Of a stretch of 64,000 nt of DNA, positions 1 to 9,976 are shown piece by piece. Within the stretch, counting starts at the first letter, position 1, and every line of letters begins with the position of its first letter. This DNA comes from an uncultured Verrucomicrobiae bacterium (GTDB taxonomy: Bacteria; Chlamydiota; Chlamydiia; Chlamydiales; Rhabdochlamydiaceae), in contig CAWDYW010000003.1 of assembly GCA_963806855.1 (NCBI GenBank), forward strand, positions 1 to 64,000, read 5' to 3'. The translations under genes were made by a program, and so were the position numbers. The notes beneath the pieces were generated by a model. The model did not search any database, was not told the DNA's origin, and saw only the letters and a program-made list of their open reading frames with translations.

Positions 1-698
1 ACCAATACGACCGCAGCCAAGATCAAAGCCACTTTCATCGTGAAGCGTGAAAATTCGAGGTGTCTTTTCTTGAGGAAATAAAAGGCGACGATGCTGATCA
101 CTAGGAAGATGCCCGAAAGCCAACATCCTAAAATGACGTGAACCAGCCGATCGATACTGCTTGGGTTGAAAATCATTGCCCAAAAATCGGTGACGACCGC
201 TTTAGCTTTGGTACCGGTCCCTTCAATTCTAAAACCTGTCGGTGTCTGCATCCAGGAGTTGGCGATGACGATCCAAACGGCGCTGAAATGGGCCCCTGCA
301 GCGACGCAAATAGTGGAGAAGTAGTGTATTTTTGCGCTCACTTTTTTCCAGCCGAAGAGCATCAGTCCCATAAATCCAGCTTCGAGGAAGAAGGCAAAAA
401 TGCCCTCAGCCCCCAGTGCACTGCCGAAAACGTCGCCGACATAATGGGAGTAGTGGCCCCAATTCGTTCCGAAGCCAAAGAGCTGGACCAATCCCGTTGC
501 AACGCCTAGGGCGAAGGTCAATGCGAAGATTTTGACCCAAAATTTGGTCATTTCGAGATAGATGGGATTTTTCGTTTTGATGTAGATCCCCTCGATGATC
601 ACGAGGAATAGGCCCAGCCCGATGCTCAAGGGGGGGTAAATATAATGAAACATGCTGGTCAGCGCAAACTGAATCCTCGAAAGAAAAACAACATCCAT
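1..698 (-). CDS. cydA: Cytochrome bd ubiquinol oxidase subunit I, 5' part (runs off the left edge)
   Basis: Not in the ORF track. Manual translation from ATG at 698 gives MDVVFLSRIQFALTSMFHYIYPPLSIGLG...FWVKIFALTFALGVATGLVQ, the CydA N-terminal signature. Confidence 0.93.
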   Translation of the reverse strand, partial: MDVVFLSRIQFALTSMFHYIYPPLSIGLGLFLVIIEGIYIKTKNPIYLEMTKFWVKIFALTFALGVATGLVQLFGFGTNWGHYSHYVGDVFGSALGAEGIFAFFLEAGFMGLMLFGWKKVSAKIHYFSTICVAAGAHFSAVWIVIANSWMQTPTGFRIEGTGTKAKAVVTDFWAMIFNPSSIDRLVHVILGCWLSGIFLVISIVAFYFLKKRHLEFSRFTMKVALILAAVVL

Positions 699-741
699 GT
701 GGATGGATCATCTGCGAATTCAAAATTTAAGTCTATCAGAA

Positions 742-765
742 TTCGTGCCCGCACACGGGCACGAA
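742..765. repeat. Small GTGCCC-type hairpin
   Basis: ttcgtgcccg-caca-cgggcacgaa, a perfect 10-bp stem with the same core as the hairpin at 48189-48265. Confidence 0.8.
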
Positions 766-770
766 ATTAC

Positions 771-937
771 TAGGGCGTGTCGTCAAATGCCGAGTCTGCT
801 GCATTCGAGTTCTTTTCCCCTAGAATGCGATAGCAGATCGGGAGTTATATCTGCTAATATTACCCCCGATCTGCTATCGCATCCTAGGGAGAAAATAATC
901 TCGAATTCAGCCACTCGGAATTTGACGACATGCCCTA
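771..937. mobile_element. 167-bp imperfect palindromic element (MITE/RPE-like), family A
   Basis: Terminal IRs tagggcgtgtcgtcaaat / atttgacgacatgcccta and inner stem atgcgatagcagatcggg / cccgatctgctatcgcat. TA at both ends; the right end overlaps the autotransporter stop codon. Mobility is inferred. Confidence 0.7.
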
Positions 938-3900
938 AAACACCCAATCTAGGTTGGCTTCGATTTCATTGATGCTGGTCTTGCTGTTATACAGCCCCTT
1001 GTAGCCGACCAAAAATGATACGCCACACTCATTAGTCCACTTCACCCCAGCTTGTGGAGATGCCAGTTGAACCGAAGAATGGTAACTAGTCACATCGATT
1101 ACGCAGCTTTCACCTGTGAAACTGGCTCGCTGTTTAGAATGATTGAGTGGGAATTCTCCGACCCAGCTGAGTCCGATGTAAGGGGCGAAGCAATAACACT
1201 CGCAAGCCCAAGTGCGATAGGCTCTTAAGCCCGCTTCGCTACGTAGCATATTCTGGTGATGTTTTTTTACATTTAGATTGATGCTATTCGCTCCATGTTC
1301 CTTAAAGCTCTGCACCTGGAAATAGTTGTAATCGACAAGCCCAAATGGTTCAAATGTTGTAGAGCACCACTCCCAATCTGTTCTAAGTCCCAGATGCCCT
1401 GTGAAGAAATATCCCCAGGGATGGCTCTTAGCTGTTCGATCGAGGACAACAGGTGCGCCTGTTAGAACACTTGTTCCTCGAATATCGATTTTGCGGTTGA
1501 GATGATGATCGCTGCCGCCACCTATAGCTGAAATATCGAGATTCAACCAGCACCCTTGATAATTTCCATATAGGGCGCCGTAGAAGCTATTGATATTGCC
1601 ATGCCCATGCTGATGTTTCCAATGGAGCCAAGTATGGGTGTATGCAAACGCTGCGCCTAATGTAAATGTGTTGAAGCAATAGTCTAGTCCTGTTGCAACA
1701 CCGACTGCATTAGCATCAAAAGGCGTTAAGTTATTGTAGTGCTTAGAATTATTCATCAGATTGCCAAAGACATCCACCCAAACAGTGCGGTTGCAGGTGC
1801 AACTACAGCAATCCTTTAGACTGCAGCATAGTTCAAAGAGCCGCTCAGATAAGATATCTGCGATGTAATTGTTATTGCGGGCATTGATCCAGTCCAAAGC
1901 CCCATAATTGACAGGAGACAGATCGATCAGGGCTTGGTTAAGCTGATTATTATTGAGCAATCCGATCGTGTTGACAACAAGGGCAAAATCTGAACCGGGT
2001 GTAAAAGGAACCGCACTGATAATGCAATCAGCTACGGCAGCTGCTACAGGAGATAGGGGTGGATTGTTGAAGATAGGATTATTGCGGATGGTTAAGAGCA
2101 CACTGCTATAAGAAACATCGATGACAATAAAATCGGCCATCGGACCCACTTTATTGATTTGTGCAAATGTTCCAGTAGTTGGGGAATTAATCACCGTATA
2201 TTGTGTCCCATCGATATAGGAACCAGGATTGATGTCAACTTGTAGAATTCCACCATTTAATAGAGAGGTTCCAGTAGGGAGAAATAAGCTGCCATTAGTT
2301 TCACTTGGAGTAATGCCAATTGCAAGTGTTCCATTGGAGTTATTGGTGAAATTACCGCTGATCGTGATCGTTCCTAACTGATTGACTCCTGGTGAAACTG
2401 TACCAGAATTGGTTAGATTTCCATTATTTGGTGTAGGAAATGAATTTCGATTGATTGAGAAGGTGCCGGTTAAAGTTGCTCCAGATTGCACTTCAACATC
2501 AGTGACAACCGAGTCGTTGATTTGAAGCCCTCCGCCTAGGACGTTGGTTATACCGGTATAAGTATTTGCCCCATCTAGCACAAGCAGCGCAGGACCGCTC
2601 GTAGTCAGGCCTCCAATCGTTGTATCTCCCCCACCTGCACCTTGGTCACCTTCAATCGCGTTACTAATAGTGACAGGGCTATTCAGTGAGAAATTAAGAG
2701 ATGAGCCCGACATCATGAAAATATCTGTCCCCTGGGCAAAACCATTCGCAGCTCCGTTTCCCCCAGCGCCGCCTGTAACAGAATTGCCTTGGAAAAGTGT
2801 TGGTGCAGATGCAGAAGTCTGGATATTAAGTGTGCCCAGATTTTCAATAAAGATCGCTCCCCCAAGACCAGAGCCACCGCCGCCACCGCCACCGAAAGGA
2901 CCGGTGAGGGATGAATTTGCAAACCCAGGATTGCCCGGGGCGCCATAGACACTACCGCCACCAGCACCGGGACCGAGAACGCCATTACCATTGCCACCGC
3001 CGCCGCCTCCTCCGCCTAAACCACCCATACCGCCAGCTGCGCCACCGCCTGTCCCTCCGTCAATGCCGCGACCGTTCATGCCACCGCCGCCGCCACCACC
3101 TCCGAGTCCACCATTACCGCCGACACCACCAAAAGAACCCTCATTAGCACCTCTAGAATAGCCGCCACCGCCGCCACCACCGCCGCCAAAAAATGGAGGT
3201 GCGATCCCCCCGCCTTGGCCTCCGGCACCGCCATTACAGTTACTGGGGCAGCCCCTGTTGTCGTTTCCACCGATGCCACCGCCACCGCCACCGCCGCCCA
3301 CATTACCAGCGCCACCGCTTCCTCCTCCTTGCCCGCCACCGCCGCCGCCAGCGCCTCCAAGACCCGGCATACCATTTCGGTTTCCTCCTGTTAAGACTCC
3401 ACCGGCTCCGCCACCCGCATTGGCAAAGTTATTTCCACCAGTTCCACCCTGTGAGTCCGAGCCAATCTGTCCTACAGAACCAGCTCCTCCTCCTCCTCCT
3501 CCGGAAAAGCCGTTATCGCCATTTGTCGAATTACCACCGTTAAAAGCGAAACCGCCACCGCCGCCACCGCCGTCATTTGGGTTGCCTGATGTATTTACTC
3601 CTCCATTACCGGTCAGACCGCCACCGCCTCCTCCAGCAGAACTTGAAGCAGTTCCACCGCTGCCTCCCATAGCGCTCGAATTTGCAAATGCGCAATCAGA
3701 TAGTGTGACTGTTGATCCTCCCCTAATTAACAAAGCACCGCCAAGACCACCGCCGCCGCCGCCATTACTAGTTGAGTTCGCGCTGCCCCCAATTGCTTGA
3801 GTGCCTGAGAAGGTAAGGTTATTAATCTGAGCAGCTCCGCCGATGACAACAAAACCTCGAAATCCGGTCCCCCCGTTTAAAGTGAAGTTATTCCCATTGA

Positions 3901-4135
3901 TTGTGGTGGTTTGCGATACAGGTGTGAGAGATTGAGTCGTATTGAGAGGATAAAGAAGCGGAGCAATGTTCGTAGTTAATGTGACATTTGAAGTAAAATC
4001 AATAGTGGTGACAGGATTTACTGTGGGTGGATTGGAATTGATAATGGCATTATTTAAATCAGTGTCAGACATAGAGTAAAGTAGAGAAGAAGAAGTTAGG
4101 CATACCAGTGAAGCTAATGTTTTTTTCCAATACAT
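935..4135 (-). CDS. Glycine-rich autotransporter (Pmp-like) outer membrane protein
   Basis: Signal peptide, GGAL/GGAI and FxxN-like motifs, a poly-Gly passenger segment of about 300 aa, passenger repeat GANTYTGITNVLGGGL, and a C-terminal beta-barrel ending in WVF. Confidence 0.88.
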   Translation of the reverse strand: MYWKKTLASLVCLTSSSLLYSMSDTDLNNAIINSNPPTVNPVTTIDFTSNVTLTTNIAPLLYPLNTTQSLTPVSQTTTINGNNFTLNGGTGFRGFVVIGGAAQINNLTFSGTQAIGGSANSTSNGGGGGGLGGALLIRGGSTVTLSDCAFANSSAMGGSGGTASSSAGGGGGGLTGNGGVNTSGNPNDGGGGGGGFAFNGGNSTNGDNGFSGGGGGGAGSVGQIGSDSQGGTGGNNFANAGGGAGGVLTGGNRNGMPGLGGAGGGGGGQGGGSGGAGNVGGGGGGGGIGGNDNRGCPSNCNGGAGGQGGGIAPPFFGGGGGGGGGYSRGANEGSFGGVGGNGGLGGGGGGGGMNGRGIDGGTGGGAAGGMGGLGGGGGGGGNGNGVLGPGAGGGSVYGAPGNPGFANSSLTGPFGGGGGGGSGLGGAIFIENLGTLNIQTSASAPTLFQGNSVTGGAGGNGAANGFAQGTDIFMMSGSSLNFSLNSPVTISNAIEGDQGAGGGDTTIGGLTTSGPALLVLDGANTYTGITNVLGGGLQINDSVVTDVEVQSGATLTGTFSINRNSFPTPNNGNLTNSGTVSPGVNQLGTITISGNFTNNSNGTLAIGITPSETNGSLFLPTGTSLLNGGILQVDINPGSYIDGTQYTVINSPTTGTFAQINKVGPMADFIVIDVSYSSVLLTIRNNPIFNNPPLSPVAAAVADCIISAVPFTPGSDFALVVNTIGLLNNNQLNQALIDLSPVNYGALDWINARNNNYIADILSERLFELCCSLKDCCSCTCNRTVWVDVFGNLMNNSKHYNNLTPFDANAVGVATGLDYCFNTFTLGAAFAYTHTWLHWKHQHGHGNINSFYGALYGNYQGCWLNLDISAIGGGSDHHLNRKIDIRGTSVLTGAPVVLDRTAKSHPWGYFFTGHLGLRTDWEWCSTTFEPFGLVDYNYFQVQSFKEHGANSINLNVKKHHQNMLRSEAGLRAYRTWACECYCFAPYIGLSWVGEFPLNHSKQRASFTGESCVIDVTSYHSSVQLASPQAGVKWTNECGVSFLVGYKGLYNSKTSINEIEANLDWVF

Positions 4136-4214
4136 AGAAATCCTTTGTTATTATTCATGAAAGTTTAACATTTAACAAAGGGGGCAATATTTGACAATCG
4201 ATTACGCCATTAAA

Positions 4215-4269
4215 CGCAAAGACGCAGGAAAACTTTTTCCTGCGTCTTTGCGCCTTTGCGTCTTTGCGT
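4215..4269. repeat. Hairpin plus CTTTGCGY octamer tandem repeat downstream of rho (possible terminator)
   Basis: cgcaaagacgcaggaaaa / ttttcctgcgtctttgcg inverted repeat; its right arm continues as ctttgcgc-ctttgcgt-ctttgcgt. Confidence 0.7.
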
Positions 4270-4280
4270 TGAAAGTGGTC

Positions 4281-5616
4281 TTAGAAGCCCTTCATCGAAA
4301 GCAGGAACTCGACGTTGCTGTTGGTCTTTTTGAGGCTGGTTCAGCAATAGATTCATCGCATCGAGCGGTGACAAGTCTGCAAGGCCTTGGCGCAATAAGT
4401 AGATCTTCTCGAGTTCGTCGGGATGGTAGAGAAGCTCTTCTTTGCGCGTTCCGCTCTTGATGAGGTCGATCGCAGGATAGATGCGTCTATCGGCAAGACG
4501 TCGGTCGAGGACGAGCTCCATGTTGCCGGTTCCTTTAAACTCTTCGAAAATCACCTCGTCCATGCGCGAGCCGGTGTCGATCAGGGCTGTGGCGATGATG
4601 GTGAGCGAGCCGCCCTCTTCGATATTGCGGGCAGCGCCAAAGAAGCGTTTAGGTTTATGCAGGGCATTGGCATCGATACCGCCGGTCAGGATTTTTCCTG
4701 AATGGGGCTGGACGGTGTTGTAGGCGCGGGCAAGGCGGGTGATGGAGTCGAGCAGGATGACGACATCGATGGCCATATTCGACAAGGCGGCTGCGCTTTT
4801 TCGATGGCCATTTCGGCGACTTGAACGTGCCTTTCAGGGGGTTCGTCAAAGGTGGAAGAGATGACTTCTCCTTTGACGCTGCGGATCATGTCGGTCACTT
4901 CTTCAGGACGCTCGTCGATGAGAAGGACGATCAGGATCACTTCAGGATTGTTGATCGCGATCGCATTGGCGATATTTTGGAAAATGATCGTTTTACCAGT
5001 GCGTGGAGGAGCGACGATCAGACCGCGTTGCCCTTTTCCGATCGGCGCTGCCAGATCGAGCACGCGGGTCGTGATATTCTCTTTGGTCGTCTCCATGACA
5101 AGACGTTCTGTCGGATAGAGAGGGGTCAGGTTTTCAAAGAGGATGCGCTCTTTTGCTTTTTCAGGAGGCTTGTCGTTGATCTTTTCCACTTTGAGCAGGG
5201 CGAAGTATTTTTCTTTTTCTTTTGGAGAGCGGATCGTTCCGTAGACGGTATCCCCTTTTTTCAGATCGAATCGGCGGATTTGAGCAGGAGAAACATAGAT
5301 ATCTTCTGCAGAAGGGAGGTAGTTGTAGTTGGGAGAGCGCAAAAATCCAAATCCATCGGGAAGGACTTCGAAAACTCCTTCGCCGACGAGAACTTCATTG
5401 GGGCTGGACGATTTTATTTGACGATTTCAAAGACCATTTGAGATTTGGTCAGGGAGCCCAGATTTTGAGATCCCCATATTGCGGGCATATAGGTTGAGCT
5501 GATCGATGTTCATACGTTGGAGATCGGCGATGCGTGTAATGGAAACTTCTTTGGCTTCATTAGAAGGTGGGAAGGAATTCTTCAGTGAGGTTATTGGGTG
5601 TTTCGTCTTCTTGCAT
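4281..5616 (-). pseudogene. rho: Transcription termination factor Rho, split by about 6 frameshifts (pseudogene or assembly errors)
   Basis: Pieces in different frames: [81 protein letters not shown] at 5616, stop at 4281. Confidence 0.9.
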
Positions 5617-5623
5617 GCTTTTC

Positions 5624-6226
5624 CTATTTGGTTAGGTTTGGGTAGAGTCTATTGACTTGGTTTTCAAGTTCAGCCAAGGATCCATTGTTGGAGATCACAT
5701 AATCGGCTTTTGCTGATTTTTCTTCTAGTGAGAGCTGGTGCGTCATCCGTTTTTCAAACTCCTCGAGAGGATGTCCGGTTTTTTCTTGGAAGCGGTTCTG
5801 TGCGATTTGAGGCTCAGAGGTAACGACAACCGCGATATCAAACTGGTGCTGTTTTTCAATTTCATAGAGGAGGGGGATTTCTGCGACAAAGAGGGTATAT
5901 TTTTTTTGATCCTTAATTTGATTAAATCGATCTTCTATTTCTTGTAGAGCTGCCGGATGGAGAATCTGCTCCAGAACTTTTAAATTTTTCTTATTTTCAA
6001 AAACGACCTTGGCAATTTTCTTACGGTCAAATTGCGTGCCATCTACTATCCCAGGACCCAGTAATTCGATAATTTGGCGGCCGATTGCAGTTTGTGGATT
6101 AAGCAGCTGATGTACAATGTCGTCAGCGCTGACAACATAAGCTCCTTTCTCCTGGAGAATCTTGCAAACGGAGGATTTTCCCGTGGATAGGCCACCTGTA
6201 ATGGCGACTTTCTTCAAAATTAACAT
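5624..6226 (-). CDS. coaE: Dephospho-CoA kinase
   Basis: ITGGLSTGKS P-loop, SADDIVH, ILHP and EIPLLYE motifs; polA-coaE-rho order. Confidence 0.95.
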   Translation of the reverse strand: MLILKKVAITGGLSTGKSSVCKILQEKGAYVVSADDIVHQLLNPQTAIGRQIIELLGPGIVDGTQFDRKKIAKVVFENKKNLKVLEQILHPAALQEIEDRFNQIKDQKKYTLFVAEIPLLYEIEKQHQFDIAVVVTSEPQIAQNRFQEKTGHPLEEFEKRMTHQLSLEEKSAKADYVISNNGSLAELENQVNRLYPNLTK

Positions 6227-8895
6227 TCCCCCCAATTTTTTCCAACTGAAATGTCGACGACAAGTGGAATTTTGAGTTTCATCACATTTTCCATGGTATT
6301 TTTGACCAGGGGAGTGAGAGGGGCAATCTCGGAATCGGGAAGCTCGAAGATGAGCTCGTCGTGGATTTGGAGGATCATATAGCCCCGATATTCTGACAGC
6401 CGCCCCTGAATTTGAATCATCGCTATTTTGATCAGATCTGCTGCAGTTCCTTGGAGGGGGGTATTGATCGCCAATCTCTCGGCTGCTTGGCGAATAAAGG
6501 AATTTTTATTGTCCATTTCGGGAATCGGTCTTTTTCGCCCGCAGAGGGTAGTCGAGTAGCCAAGGCGCCTTGCACTCTCCTTACAACTTTCTAAATAGTC
6601 CCCTACTTTCTTGTATCGATCGAAATAGGTGTTGATGAAGGCCTTTGCCTCTTCGTTTGAGATGCCGAGCTCTTTCGAGAGGCCGAATGCTTGTTGACCA
6701 TACAGGATGCCGAAATTCACCGCTTTTGCCCCGTGGCGCATTTTTGAGGTGACCTCCGTCAGCGGAACGCCATAGACGAGCGATGCGGTGTAGCTGTGAA
6801 TGTCCTCCCCGTCTTGAAAGGCTTTGATCAGTGCCGGGTCGTCGCTTAAGTGGGCGAGCAGGCGTAATTCGATTTGGGAATAGTCGGCAGCGAGAAAACT
6901 CCACCCTTCTTGCTGTGGAATAAAGGCTGAGCGGATTTTACGCCCTTCTTCGGTGCGGACCGGGATGTTTTGCAGGTTTGGATCTTGGCAAGAGAGGCGC
7001 CCAGTCGCTGTGACCGATTGGTTGAAGGTGCAGTGGATCCGCTTGGTTTTCGGATTGATTTGTAGTGGGAGAGCGTCCACATAGGTGGAGCGGAGTTTCT
7101 CGAGGGAGCGGTATTCGAGAATCACCCGGATGATCGGGTTGTTTTCTTGGAGGGCTTCCAAGACGTCGGCGCTTGTTGAATAGCCAGTGGTGGTCTTTTT
7201 GGCTGGGCGGATGCCCATTTTGTCAAAGAGCACTTCGCCCAGTTGCTTGGGAGAATTGAGATTGAACACTTCTTGAGCATAATCAAAAATGGTCTGCGTC
7301 AAGCCGGCAATTTTCTTCTCGAGGATGTCGTGCATCGCATCCATTTGGCGGCTATCTAAAAAAATGCCTCGCTCTTCCATCTCAAGCAGGATAGGGAGAA
7401 GGGGCAATTCAATTTCATTGAATAGTTTTTGCAGATGTTTGTGCTCGATTTCCTTTTCAAAAAGGGCCTTTAGGCGAAAGGTGTAATCGACATCCTCGCA
7501 GCAGTAAGCGGCTACCTGTTCGAGAGGAACCTCGAGCATCGAAATTTCGCTTTTTCCTTTCCCAATGAGATCTGTAATTGGGATTTTTACTTTGCCGAAG
7601 AACTCTAATGTGAGTGGATCGAGCCCATGACGCTGTTTGTGGGGGGCGATCAAATAGGAGGCGAGCATCGTGTCAAAGCCGATGTTCTTGATATCGATGC
7701 CCGCATTGCGCAGCACATGGAGATCATACTTGAGATTGTGGCCGAAGAAAGCGATTTGAGGATTTTGCAGCAGCGGTTTTAAATGGGCGAGAACTTGCCT
7801 TTTTGCAATCGAGCCATTAAGAGGGATGTACCACCCTTTTTTCGGCTCTTGGCAAAGCCCAATTCCGACGAGTTCGGCTTCCATCGGATTAATCGAGGTG
7901 GTTTCGGTGTCGACGCACAGCTCCTTGGCTTTGCTTAAGGTGGCAATCAGTTTGATCAATTCTTGTTCGTCGTTGATGAGAGTATAGGTCACCTCGCTCG
8001 CATCGACTCCAAAGTCGAGGTCGAGCTCCTCCTTTTTCTTCTCGGGCAGATGGAGCTCTTTCAAGAGGGTCATGAAGTGCATTTCTTGATAGAAGGCTTT
8101 CACTTTTTCAAGCGCAGGTTCTTTCAGTCTGAAAAAATTGTCCTCTTTTGGAAAGTCGACGTAGGTGTTGATCGTCGCAAGCTGGTGAGAGATTTGCGCA
8201 AGCTGCCTGCCTTCTCGGAAAATGTCAGCTTTTTTCCCCTTTAATCGATCGGGATTGTCTAAGATCTCATTCAAAGTGCCAAATTCATTGAGTAGCTCTG
8301 CGGCAGTTTTGGGGCCGATTCCCCTCAGGCCTGGGATATTGTCAGAGGTGTCGCCCATCATTGCCAACAGATCGACAATCTGCTCTGGGAAGACGCCGAA
8401 GATCTCTTTGACCTTGGCTCGATCCATGATCAGGTTGTTTTTGTGGATATTGAGGACAAAGACATAATCGGTAACTAGCTGTGATAGGTCTTTATCGCTG
8501 GAGCAGAGATAGGTCTCAATTTTCTTTTCATTCGTCCACTTGGCAATGCTGCCGATCACATCGTCAGCCTCTACTCCCGGGATCGTCAAATAGGGGATGC
8601 CGGCGATTTCGCAAAAATATTGGGCCTGCATTAGCTGGGGATAAAGATCCTCAGGCATGCCTGTGCGGTGAATTTTGTAGTCGCTGTAGATCTCCTTGCG
8701 GCTTTTGGTGCTTTCTGGCCCGTCGAAGACTGCGATGAGATGATCGGGGGAAAACTCCTTAATGATTTTAAAAATGGAGCGGATAAATCCATAGAGAGCG
8801 CCAGTGGAGTCTCCTTTAGGATTGGTCATGGGTCCAATGGCATGGTAGGACCGAAATAGAAAATTGACAGCGTCAAGGACGTAGAGTTTTTTCAA
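6220..8895 (-). CDS. polA: DNA polymerase I
   Basis: 5'-3' exonuclease (EADD, DKDL), DTET exonuclease motif, polymerase motifs DYSQIELR, KAVNFG, QIHDEL. Confidence 0.98.
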   Translation of the reverse strand: MKKLYVLDAVNFLFRSYHAIGPMTNPKGDSTGALYGFIRSIFKIIKEFSPDHLIAVFDGPESTKSRKEIYSDYKIHRTGMPEDLYPQLMQAQYFCEIAGIPYLTIPGVEADDVIGSIAKWTNEKKIETYLCSSDKDLSQLVTDYVFVLNIHKNNLIMDRAKVKEIFGVFPEQIVDLLAMMGDTSDNIPGLRGIGPKTAAELLNEFGTLNEILDNPDRLKGKKADIFREGRQLAQISHQLATINTYVDFPKEDNFFRLKEPALEKVKAFYQEMHFMTLLKELHLPEKKKEELDLDFGVDASEVTYTLINDEQELIKLIATLSKAKELCVDTETTSINPMEAELVGIGLCQEPKKGWYIPLNGSIAKRQVLAHLKPLLQNPQIAFFGHNLKYDLHVLRNAGIDIKNIGFDTMLASYLIAPHKQRHGLDPLTLEFFGKVKIPITDLIGKGKSEISMLEVPLEQVAAYCCEDVDYTFRLKALFEKEIEHKHLQKLFNEIELPLLPILLEMEERGIFLDSRQMDAMHDILEKKIAGLTQTIFDYAQEVFNLNSPKQLGEVLFDKMGIRPAKKTTTGYSTSADVLEALQENNPIIRVILEYRSLEKLRSTYVDALPLQINPKTKRIHCTFNQSVTATGRLSCQDPNLQNIPVRTEEGRKIRSAFIPQQEGWSFLAADYSQIELRLLAHLSDDPALIKAFQDGEDIHSYTASLVYGVPLTEVTSKMRHGAKAVNFGILYGQQAFGLSKELGISNEEAKAFINTYFDRYKKVGDYLESCKESARRLGYSTTLCGRKRPIPEMDNKNSFIRQAAERLAINTPLQGTAADLIKIAMIQIQGRLSEYRGYMILQIHDELIFELPDSEIAPLTPLVKNTMENVMKLKIPLVVDISVGKNWGEC

Positions 8896-9935
8896 GGTTG
8901 ATATAGATACAGGAGTTTTCCACTCATTTCAGAAGTTGTATAGGATCCTGTGGGGAAAACATGTTCCAATTTCCCATTGAGGAGTCCTGCTTTATTCTCT
9001 TTTAGTTCCGATAAGAACGATTCAAAGTAGGAGATTTCGAGCACCTGATATTTATCATGTTCGCCGATTCCAGCTGCTTTGACCAGGGCCCGTAGAGTTT
9101 CATCGTAGTCTGCTTTGCTATTATCGATAAAGCCATATTCCTGGGCTAATTTCGCAGAGAAGACGTTTGCACCATAATCATTGATCAATTTTTCTCTATC
9201 CAGGCCCTTGCGCGCACCTACGACCACATCGATGAACCGATTATACTCATCAGCGATAAGCAATTTGAGAGAATTCTCTTCCCCTTCTTTCCACGGACGG
9301 AACGGATTGAGCATATCTTTATCTTTACCTTCCGTGAGGGTCAGTGACTGGATCCCAATCTTGGACATGACCTCTGAGAAGTTGAACGCAGGTCCCATGC
9401 GGACTCCCACAGAACCAATTATCCCCTCAGCAGAAGAATAGATTTGATCAGCCGCAGAGCAAATGTACATGCCCCCCGAGGCGCAGATCCCGTCGACATA
9501 GGCGAAGACAGGGACTTTGTACTTCTCTTTGTAGGCTTGAAGCAGATGATAAATCGTTGCGCTGTCAGTCGCGGTTCCCCCAGGGGTGTCAACGTGGAGA
9601 ATGATCCCTTTGACTCGATTATTGGCGAGATCATCTTCTCGCGAATCGAGCAGAAGAGTTTTAAATTTATCTCCTTGGAGCTTCCCAATCCCAATGACGC
9701 CATGCAAGTTAATCCGCAAGATGACAGGTGCAGAATGGGGCAGTAATTTTCTATCCCAATTGGCATCGGGACTTAAGGTAAGAGTGCTTTTGTCAGGGGT
9801 CGTGATAGAGCTTGAGAAGGCACTGATGCCTAGGATCACGATAAACAGAGCGACTGCAATCCCGATGATGACCGCAACGGTGTTAAAGAAGCCTCGTAAG
9901 GCCGAAATGAAGATCGATTCTCTTGTGAAATTCAT
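8892..9935 (-). CDS. sohB: S49 family peptidase (SohB/SppA)
   Basis: N-terminal TM helix, DTPGG, CASGGMY, IGSVGV. Confidence 0.9.
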   Translation of the reverse strand: MNFTRESIFISALRGFFNTVAVIIGIAVALFIVILGISAFSSSITTPDKSTLTLSPDANWDRKLLPHSAPVILRINLHGVIGIGKLQGDKFKTLLLDSREDDLANNRVKGIILHVDTPGGTATDSATIYHLLQAYKEKYKVPVFAYVDGICASGGMYICSAADQIYSSAEGIIGSVGVRMGPAFNFSEVMSKIGIQSLTLTEGKDKDMLNPFRPWKEGEENSLKLLIADEYNRFIDVVVGARKGLDREKLINDYGANVFSAKLAQEYGFIDNSKADYDETLRALVKAAGIGEHDKYQVLEISYFESFLSELKENKAGLLNGKLEHVFPTGSYTTSEMSGKLLYLYQP

Positions 9936-9976
9936 AGGCTTATCTTATCTGCTAAAGCTGATTAATCACAATTTTT

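Noticed and set aside
138..723. ORF-track entries 138-509 (+) and 406-723 (-)
   Set aside because: They are off-frame or antisense to cydA, which the track missed because it runs off the window edge.
2670..3800. Pro-rich and His/Arg-rich + strand ORFs (e.g. 3258-3800) resembling formin or WASP-like proteins
   Set aside because: They are antisense shadows of the GGN codons of the Gly-rich autotransporter.
4655..4849. Programmed frameshifting as an explanation for the split rho
   Set aside because: There are too many shifts, in both directions, and no consistent slippery sites.
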